Source: a virus (lineage: Duplodnaviria > Heunggongvirae > Uroviricota > Caudoviricetes). From it: DNA of 5,392 nucleotides. Made by a program: the position numbers and the translations under genes. The notes beneath the pieces were generated by a model, which saw only the letters and a list, made by a program, of their open reading frames with translations, was not told where the DNA came from and did no database searches. Numbering within the stretch: position 1 is the stretch's first letter; each line of letters begins with the position of its first letter. The stretch lies in IMG/VR virus record IMGVR_UViG_2703718848_000003; one strand, given 5' to 3'. Positions 1 through 5,392 of the stretch are shown one piece after another.

Positions 1-318
1 ATAACGGGCAATCTCCAGCGCACCGGCAATATCGCCGGTATCCAGACGCCACAGCATGACCGTCATCAGAATGTCATCCTGTGCACCTTTGCCCTGCTCC
101 AGCACGCCATTCACCCACGGCAACCAGAACGGCAGCAGTTCGCGTTTTTTTGCGGCCTTCAGCTCTTTTGAATAAATCGCTTTCAGTGTGCGCTGGTCTG
201 CGGCGAGCTTAACCAGCATCTGCTCATAGACAGTTGCATGTCGCAGCGGGGCGGCTTCCCGCTGCGCGGTCATCGCTGCCGAGACCCGCATCATGTGGCG
301 CTGTGCGGGACTCGTCAT
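1..318 (-). CDS. M: Terminase small (endonuclease) subunit gpM, N-terminal 106 codons only; the gene continues past the 5' edge of the window
   Basis: Not in the supplied ORF track because it has no in-window stop. Reading the minus strand by hand from ATG (plus 316-318 'cat') gives MTSPAQRHMMRVSAAMTAQREAAPLRHATVYEQMLVKLAADQRTLKAIYSKELKAAKKRELLPFWLPWVNGVLEQGKGAQDDILMTVMLWRLDTGDIAGALEIARY with no stop to position 1. I recognise this as the N-terminus of P2 gpM. The start lies 3 nt after the gpN stop (TAA-CCG-ATG), with GGAG-like RBS inside the gpN 3' end. Position after gpN matches P2 order O-N-M. Confidence 0.85.
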   Translation of the reverse strand, partial: MTSPAQRHMMRVSAAMTAQREAAPLRHATVYEQMLVKLAADQRTLKAIYSKELKAAKKRELLPFWLPWVNGVLEQGKGAQDDILMTVMLWRLDTGDIAGALEIARY

Positions 319-321
319 CGG

Positions 322-1395
322 TTACGCTCCCGGCTCTGCGGTCGCTTTAGCCGGTGTGGAGAAGTCACCGACCTTAATTTTTTCCACCAGACAACCGGCG
401 GCGTAGTCTTCCACCACGTAATCAATGTTCATTGACTCGTAGTTCTCCACGCGGTCGAGTTTCGGGTTTTCCTCAATCACGCGGCGATGGCTGTCATCCA
501 TGTAGTAGATGGACAGGTTTTCCAGCTTCGTGATGAGCATCGCATCCGCCGGGAAGTACGGGACGCGTACCGCCGGCAGGTTGCCGATGCGTTTCTGGCT
601 GATGATGACGTCAGCGGCCAGCATTTCGCTGTTGTCCTGCTCCTTGTTGACGATGGGGAAATACTTGTCCGCCAGTAGCTGACGTCCCACAATCACCACA
701 AGGTCAGGGTCTTCCTGATACCACGGCTCAATCAGGTTGTTGGTCGCATCCATCACCAGTGCATCGAGGCTGGCATAATCACCGCCCTTACCCACGCGGA
801 TGACCTCAGAGGTCGTGTGACCTTCCTCGTCAGTGACCTTGCTCATCACGCGCGCCGGGGCTTCATTGCGGTATTTCTGCAGCCAGCCGACCGCCACATC
901 CTGCAGCATCGGATTGCTGCTGCGGTCAGAGGTTTCTGCACGCTTCACGCCGTTAAAACCGGCCATGATGAAATCAAGGGACTGGCGTTTGATAATGGCG
1001 TTACGGATACGGAGCTGGAAATCCTGATAACGCGCCCACAGGTCCAGCGTTTTGTAGCGGATATAAAAATCGAAGTTAATCTGGTCGCATTCGTACTTGT
1101 TTGACGCCAGCTTCGAGAAGTCCTTCGGCTGACGCTCGGTGCCACCGGCGGTGTCGGTGGTGCTGGCGATGGAGCCGGTGACACCAATACCAATTTTTTC
1201 CCCTTTCATTTCGCTGACCGGCACAATGTTGATGCGGGTCAGAAAGTCAGAGGACTCCTGCATGGTGTTCATCAGGGTCTGGGTGACCGACGGTTCAACG
1301 GTGAATTTTTTCGACACATCACCGGCGTCGATGCCGTTCAGTTCGGCAACACGGGACAGGTAGGCATTAAATTTAAAGCGGGTTTCCTGGCGCAT
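322..1395 (-). CDS. N: Major capsid protein gpN (357 aa), P2 family
   Basis: Complete 357-aa ORF (MRQETRFKFNAYLSRVAELNGIDAGDVSKKFTVEPS...AEPGA) recognised as P2 major capsid precursor gpN, matching its length. ATG at plus 1393-1395 (rc), AGGA RBS 6 nt upstream on the minus strand (plus 1402-1405 'tcct'). Stop TAA at plus 322-324 (rc). Follows gpO on the same strand as in P2. Confidence 0.95.
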   Translation of the reverse strand: MRQETRFKFNAYLSRVAELNGIDAGDVSKKFTVEPSVTQTLMNTMQESSDFLTRINIVPVSEMKGEKIGIGVTGSIASTTDTAGGTERQPKDFSKLASNKYECDQINFDFYIRYKTLDLWARYQDFQLRIRNAIIKRQSLDFIMAGFNGVKRAETSDRSSNPMLQDVAVGWLQKYRNEAPARVMSKVTDEEGHTTSEVIRVGKGGDYASLDALVMDATNNLIEPWYQEDPDLVVIVGRQLLADKYFPIVNKEQDNSEMLAADVIISQKRIGNLPAVRVPYFPADAMLITKLENLSIYYMDDSHRRVIEENPKLDRVENYESMNIDYVVEDYAAGCLVEKIKVGDFSTPAKATAEPGA

Positions 1396-1453
1396 AGTTT
1401 TTCCTGAAATTAAGGGTTAATCGTGAAGGTTTTCCCGGACTGACTGACGCCGG

Positions 1454-2308
1454 TCAGCAGTTCGTCATCAGGGCGTCACCGCCACCGCCGGTGGCTTTAC
1501 TGCGGCGCTGCTGGGTCAGACTTTCGGTGCTGTCGAGACTGTTTTTCAGGCGGGTGAATGCCTGGCTGGTTTCATCCGCCCTGTCAGTCACCTCCTGCTT
1601 AAGTGCGGAAAAGGCGGTTTCCATCTCAGCGAGGCGCTGCTCAGTGGCGCTCAGTTTTTCCTGCACATGTTCAGCAACAGCGGTCACCGCTTCATGCACG
1701 TCATTCAGACGGGCATCATCGCTGGCCTGTTTGCGGCCAAAAATGGATTTCACCTTTTCGGTCAGGGCGGTGAACACGGTTTCAGGCAGGTCTTCAAATT
1801 CCAGCTCAACAGGCGTTGCCACTGAAATCAGGTTTTCAGGGCTTAATTTGAAGCGGTTCAGAGGGTTGTGTTTTGCCGTGCGGCAGAATTCCAGGTATTC
1901 CGTGCCGAGGCTTGCCGGGTCATCGGTGACGGCCAGCCCCACCAGATAACATTTGCCGGTATTGGCAAAGTTCGGCTGAATTTCCATTGAGGTATAGACC
2001 TTCTGCGCGGCCTTGTTCATCGCGATAAGGTCATCGGTCGGGGTGATTTTCGCAAACAGCGCCCATTTGCCTTTCAGCGCCGAATCATCGTCAATCTTTT
2101 CGGCCTTCAGTTCGGCCACATCGCCATAACGTTTAAAAATACCGTCAGGCAGGATGCCGCGCAGATGTTCCAGATTAATGCGGCAACCATAGACACGCGG
2201 GTCAAAGGTTTCGGCCATTTCCTGAATATCCTGCGCACTGATGACACGCCCGTCACAGGTGTCACCCTCAACGCCGATACGAAAGAATTTTGAGACTTTT
2301 TTTGCCAT
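1454..2308 (-). CDS. O: Capsid scaffolding protein gpO (284 aa) with N-terminal serine-protease domain
   Basis: The ORF-track entry 1454..2374 has a 22-codon N-terminal extension (MRIVGKLMPTCDSSTHYSGLLT) that I reject. The internal ATG at plus 2306-2308 (rc) yields MAKKVSKFFRIGVEGDTCDGRV..., has an AGGA RBS 9 nt upstream, and gives the 284-aa length of P2 gpO. Counting from this Met puts Asp19, His48 and Ser107 at the positions reported for the P2 gpO protease catalytic triad. Stop TGA at plus 1454-1456 (rc). Confidence 0.9.
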   Translation of the reverse strand: MAKKVSKFFRIGVEGDTCDGRVISAQDIQEMAETFDPRVYGCRINLEHLRGILPDGIFKRYGDVAELKAEKIDDDSALKGKWALFAKITPTDDLIAMNKAAQKVYTSMEIQPNFANTGKCYLVGLAVTDDPASLGTEYLEFCRTAKHNPLNRFKLSPENLISVATPVELEFEDLPETVFTALTEKVKSIFGRKQASDDARLNDVHEAVTAVAEHVQEKLSATEQRLAEMETAFSALKQEVTDRADETSQAFTRLKNSLDSTESLTQQRRSKATGGGGDALMTNC

Positions 2309-2481
2309 TGTCAGGAGTCCTGAATAGTGAGTAGAGGAGTCACATGTCGGCATCAGTTTCCCGACGATGCGCATCCTCCGCCATCAGTCCCGGATGGCTT
2401 ATCACTGACACAACAGCACCTTAGCGAATCGCGTGGCGCGACTCAGTAGCCTTGCCGTGTATTCATCACGGCGAGGTATTC
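2309..2481. promoter_or_regulatory. Divergent late-promoter spacer between gpO (minus) and gpP (plus); expected location of Ogr-activated promoters P_O and P_P
   Basis: 173-bp non-coding spacer between two divergently transcribed operons with no ORF of note. In P2 this interval carries the Ogr-dependent late promoters. Visible elements: perfect inverted repeat gccatc-N7-gatggc (2380-2398), and a one-mismatch version of the TGT-N12-ACA activator dyad (TGG-N12-ACA, 2395-2412) placed about 55 bp upstream of a plausible gpP transcript start near 2455-2460. No exact TGT-N12-ACA and no strong sigma70 -35, which fits activator-dependent promoters. Exact transcription starts cannot be called from sequence. 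Confidence 0.5.
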
Positions 2482-4193
2482 ATGACCATCACCACAGACA
2501 CCACTCTTTTACACGACCCGCGTCGTCAGGCGGCGCTGCTGTACTGGCAGGGGTTTTCCGTGCCGCAGATTGCCGCCATGTTGCAGATGAAACGCCCGAC
2601 GGTGCAGAGCTGGAAACAGCGCGACGGCTGGGACAGTGTTGCCCCCATCAGCCGTGTCGAAATGAGCCTGGAAGCGCGGCTGACCCAGCTCATCATCAAA
2701 CCGCAGAAAACCGGCGGTGACTTCAAGGAAATTGACCTGCTGGGACGCCAGATTGAACGACTGGCACGGGTAAACCGCTACAGCCAGACCGGCAACGAGG
2801 CAGACCTTAATCCGAACATCGCTAACCGCAACAAAGGCGGGCGTCGCAAACCGAAAAAGAATTTTTTCAGTGACGAGGCCATCGAAAAGCTGGAGCAGAT
2901 TTTCTTTGAGCAGTCTTTCGACTATCAGTTGCACTGGTATCGCGCCGGGCTTGAGCACCGCATCCGCGATATCCTGAAGTCCCGCCAGATTGGCGCGACG
3001 TTTTATTTTTCCCGCGAGGCGCTGCTGCGTGCCCTGAAAACCGGTCATAACCAGATTTTTCTGTCGGCCAGTAAAACGCAGGCGTATGTATTCCGTGAAT
3101 ACATCATCGCCTTTGCCCGTCTGGTTGACGTTGACCTGACCGGTGACCCGATTGTCCTTGGCAATAACGGCGCAAAACTGATTTTTCTCGGCACCAACTC
3201 CAACACCGCACAGAGCCATAACGGCGACCTGTACGTCGACGAGATTTTCTGGATCCCGAATTTTCAGGTACTGCGTAAGGTGGCATCAGGTATGGCCTCA
3301 CAGAGTCACCTGCGCTCGACCTATTTCTCCACCCCGTCCACGCTGGCGCACGACGCCTACCCGTTCTGGTCAGGTGAACTGTTTAACCGGGGACGCGCCA
3401 GCGCCGCCGAACGCGTGGAAATCGACGTCAGTCATAACGCCCTTGCCGGTGGGCTTCTCTGTGCGGACGGCCAGTGGCGGCAGATTGTCACCATTGAGGA
3501 CGCCCTGAAAGGCGGCTGCACGCTGTTCGACATTGAGCAGCTCAAACGCGAAAACAGCGCCGACGATTTTAAAAACCTGTTCATGTGTGAATTTGTTGAC
3601 GACAAGGCGTCGGTGTTCCCGTTCGAGGAGCTGCAACGCTGCATGGTCGACACGCTGGAAGAATGGGAAGACTATGCGCCGTTTGCCGCCAATCCGTTCG
3701 GCTCCCGCCCGGTATGGATTGGTTACGACCCGTCACACCGTGGCNNNNNNNNNNNCAGTGGAAAGGCATGGACTTTGCCACCCAGGCTGAATCCATCCGC
3801 AAACTCACCGAAAAATACAACGTCGAATACATCGGAATTGATGCCACCGGCCTCGGTGTCGGTGTGTTCCAGCTCGTGCGCTCGTTCTATCCCGCCGCGC
3901 GCGATATCCGCTACACGCCGGAAATGAAAACCGCAATGGTGCTCAAGGCAAAAGACGTTATCCGTCGTGGCTGTCTGGAATATGACGTCAGCGCCACCGA
4001 CATCACCAGCTCGTTTATGGCTATCCGCAAGACCATGACCAGCAGCGGACGCAGCGCCACCTATGAGGCCAGCCGCAGCGAGGAAGCCAGCCACGCCGAC
4101 CTCGCCTGGGCGACCATGCACGCCCTGTTAAATGAGCCACTCACCGCCGGTATCAGCACCCCGCTGACATCCACCATTCTGGAGTTTTACTGA
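2482..4193 (+). CDS. P: Terminase large (ATPase) subunit gpP, interrupted by an N-run assembly gap at 3745-3755
   Basis: ORF-track entries 2452..3927 and 3663..4193 are the two halves of one gene split by the N run. The true start is the internal ATG at 2482 (MTITTDTTLLHDPRRQAALLYWQGFSVPQIAAM...), with GAGG 5 nt upstream; the track's MPCIHHGEVF extension is rejected. The 5' part is 421 codons (2482-3744, ...YDPSHRG), the 3' part 145 codons (3756-4190, QWKGMDFATQ...TILEFY) in a different frame, stop TGA 4191-4193. Recognised as P2 gpP (590 aa in P2). About 24 codons are unaccounted for at the gap. Confidence 0.9.
3745..3755. other. Assembly gap or masked bases (11 N) inside gpP
   Basis: A run of 11 'n' characters. 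The gpP reading frame changes across it (5' codons start at positions = 1 mod 3, 3' codons at positions = 0 mod 3), so the run is a placeholder of arbitrary length rather than true sequence. Confidence 0.99.
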
Positions 4194-5227
4194 TGAGCAA
4201 GAAAAAAGGGAAAACACCGCAACCTGCGGCAAAAAAAATGACCGCCAGCGCCCCGAAAATGGAGGCATTCACCTTTGGTGAGCCGGTGCCGGTACTCGAC
4301 CGCCGTGACATTCTGGATTACGTCGAATGCATCAGTAACGGCAGATGGTATGAGCCACCGGTCAGCTTTACCGGTCTGGCAAAAAGCCTGCGTGCTGCCG
4401 TGCATCACAGCTCACCGATTTACGTCAAACGTAATATTCTGGCCTCGACATTTATCCCGCATCCGTGGCTTTCCCAGCAGGATTTCAGCCGCTTTGTGCT
4501 GGATTTTCTGGTTTTCGGTAATGCGTTTCTGGAAAAGCGTTACAGCACCACCGGTAAGGTCATCAGACTGGAAACCTCACCGGCAAAATATACCCGCCGT
4601 GGTGTGGAAGAGGATGTTTACTGGTGGGTGCCGTCCTTCAACGAGCCGACAGCCTTCGCGCCCGGTTCCGTGTTTCACCTGCTGGAGCCGGATATTAATC
4701 AGGAGCTGTACGGCCTGCCGGAATATCTCAGCGCCCTTAACTCTGCCTGGCTGAATGAGTCGGCCACGCTGTTCCGCCGCAAGTATTACGAAAACGGCGC
4801 GCATGCCGGATACATCATGTACGTCACCGATGCCGTGCAGGATCGCAACGATATCGAAATGCTTCGCGAAAACATGGTGAAGTCGAAAGGCCGCAATAAC
4901 TTTAAAAATCTGTTTCTCTATGCCCCGCAGGGGAAAGCCGACGGCATTAAAATTATCCCCCTCAGTGAAGTGGCAACGAAGGACGATTTTTTTAATATCA
5001 AAAAATCCAGCGCCGCTGACCTGCTGGACGCGCACCGCATCCCCTTTCAGTTGATGGGCGGCAAGCCGGAGAACGTCGGGTCGCTGGGTGATATTGAGAA
5101 AGTGGCAAAGGTCTTTGTCCGCAATGAGCTTATCCCGTTACAGGACAGGATCCGCGAGATAAACGGCTGGCTCGGTCAGGAGGTCATCCGCTTTAAAAAC
5201 TACTCACTGGACACTGACAACGGCTGA
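4193..5227 (+). CDS. Q: Portal (capsid portal vertex) protein gpQ (344 aa)
   Basis: Complete 344-aa ORF (MSKKKGKTPQPAAKKMTASAPKMEAFTFGEPVPVLDRRDILDYVECISNGRWYEPP...SLDTDNG) recognised as P2 gpQ, same length. ATG at 4193-4195 overlaps the gpP stop by 1 nt (TGATG), indicating translational coupling as in the P2 P-Q operon. Stop TGA at 5225-5227. Confidence 0.95.
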   Translation: MSKKKGKTPQPAAKKMTASAPKMEAFTFGEPVPVLDRRDILDYVECISNGRWYEPPVSFTGLAKSLRAAVHHSSPIYVKRNILASTFIPHPWLSQQDFSRFVLDFLVFGNAFLEKRYSTTGKVIRLETSPAKYTRRGVEEDVYWWVPSFNEPTAFAPGSVFHLLEPDINQELYGLPEYLSALNSAWLNESATLFRRKYYENGAHAGYIMYVTDAVQDRNDIEMLRENMVKSKGRNNFKNLFLYAPQGKADGIKIIPLSEVATKDDFFNIKKSSAADLLDAHRIPFQLMGGKPENVGSLGDIEKVAKVFVRNELIPLQDRIREINGWLGQEVIRFKNYSLDTDNG

Positions 5228-5232
5228 ACATC

Positions 5233-5254
5233 GCCGCCTGCGGGCGGCTTTTTT
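5233..5254 (+). terminator. Putative rho-independent terminator of the P-Q late operon
   Basis: A GC-rich hairpin, gccgcc (5233-5238), loop tgcg, ggcggc (5243-5248), is followed immediately by tttttt (5249-5254), 6 nt after the gpQ stop. On the opposite strand the stem is not followed by a U-run, so it is unidirectional. Confidence 0.65.
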
Positions 5255-5392
5255 ACATCCCGTCATCACGCCCTCACACGCTCACCACAGCACAAAACAG
5301 CCCGCAGACACACCAACGCCCCCCAACGGGCAGACTAAACGCCGTCACGACGCGCTCAGACGCTGAAAAAATAAAATCAGCACCACCGCCAG
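5255..5392. other. Non-coding, strongly C+A-rich (plus strand) region downstream of gpQ; probable cos-proximal packaging-recognition region
   Basis: No ORF on either strand. The plus strand is dominated by C and A with few T (repeated cacac, caccac, ccacag-like motifs). In P2 the cohesive-end site lies a little over 100 bp beyond the 3' end of Q. The rc of the known 19-nt P2 cohesive-end sequence is not present in the window, so cos itself is expected at or just beyond the window edge. Confidence 0.4.

Noticed and set aside
238-1363. Small ORFs overlapping gpM/gpN (238..435+, 477..692-, 487..678+, 817..1104+, 833..1027+, 945..1193-, 1139..1363+)
   Set aside because: All are embedded in or antisense to gpN/gpM, short, and compositionally biased. 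Explained by the strong coding signal of the capsid gene on the minus strand.
1444-1457. Short hairpin (ctgac-gccg-gtcag) at the gpO stop, considered as an O-N terminator or attenuator
   Set aside because: Only a 5-bp stem and no U-run follows on the coding (minus) strand, and gpN must be co-transcribed with gpO from the late promoter. Not a credible intrinsic terminator.
1491-1949. 152-aa ORF antisense to gpO (plus strand)
   Set aside because: Fully embedded opposite gpO. Ser/Ala/Arg/Cys-rich composition typical of spurious antisense frames. No independent support.
2309-2481. N-terminal extensions in the ORF track for gpO (to 2374) and gpP (from 2452)
   Set aside because: The longest-ORF starts lack an RBS and add residues absent from P2 gpO and gpP as I recall them. 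The internal ATGs at 2308 (minus) and 2482 (plus) have Shine-Dalgarno motifs and give the canonical lengths and N-termini.
2309-2481. Exact Ogr-type TGT-N12-ACA dyad
   Set aside because: I searched the spacer and found only near-matches (TGG-N12-ACA at 2395-2412; GTG-N12-ACA at 2327-2344, which is too close to the gpO start to be at -55). No exact site is claimed.
2509-3219. 236-aa ORF antisense to gpP (minus strand)
   Set aside because: Entirely inside and opposite the well-supported terminase gene. No RBS or start context, low-complexity R/G/A/V-rich translation typical of antisense frames in GC-rich coding DNA, no recognisable domain.
4577-5035. 152-aa minus-strand ORF and 159-aa plus-strand ORF (4275..4754) overlapping gpQ
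   Set aside because: Both lie inside the portal gene in alternative or antisense frames. The portal frame is the one with a recognisable, full-length product, so these are frame artefacts.
1-5392. Defence system, toxin-antitoxin, CRISPR array, tRNA, integrase or IS element within the window
   Set aside because: No direct repeats with spacers, no tRNA-like structure, no unexplained ORF. Every intergenic gap is at most 173 bp and accounted for by known P2 regulatory or packaging functions. Reporting a novel system here would not be supported by the sequence.

Overview
This window is the conserved head-morphogenesis and DNA-packaging module of a P2-like (Peduovirus-type) phage or prophage, and I find no novel or accessory system in it. 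Two divergent late operons fill almost the whole window: on the minus strand gpO (capsid scaffold/protease), gpN (major capsid) and the N-terminal 106 codons of gpM (small terminase, running off the 5' edge); on the plus strand gpP (large terminase ATPase) and gpQ (portal). Every gene junction is tight (58 bp, 3 bp, 1-bp overlap), leaving no room for an inserted gene, and the only sizeable non-coding stretches are the 173-bp O/P divergent spacer and the 165-bp tail after gpQ. Points worth a second look are an 11-N assembly gap that breaks the gpP reading frame, the divergent late-promoter spacer, and the C+A-rich cos-proximal region after gpQ. Protein identifications rest on recognising the translated sequences as near-identical to phage P2 gene products from memory; no database search was run.
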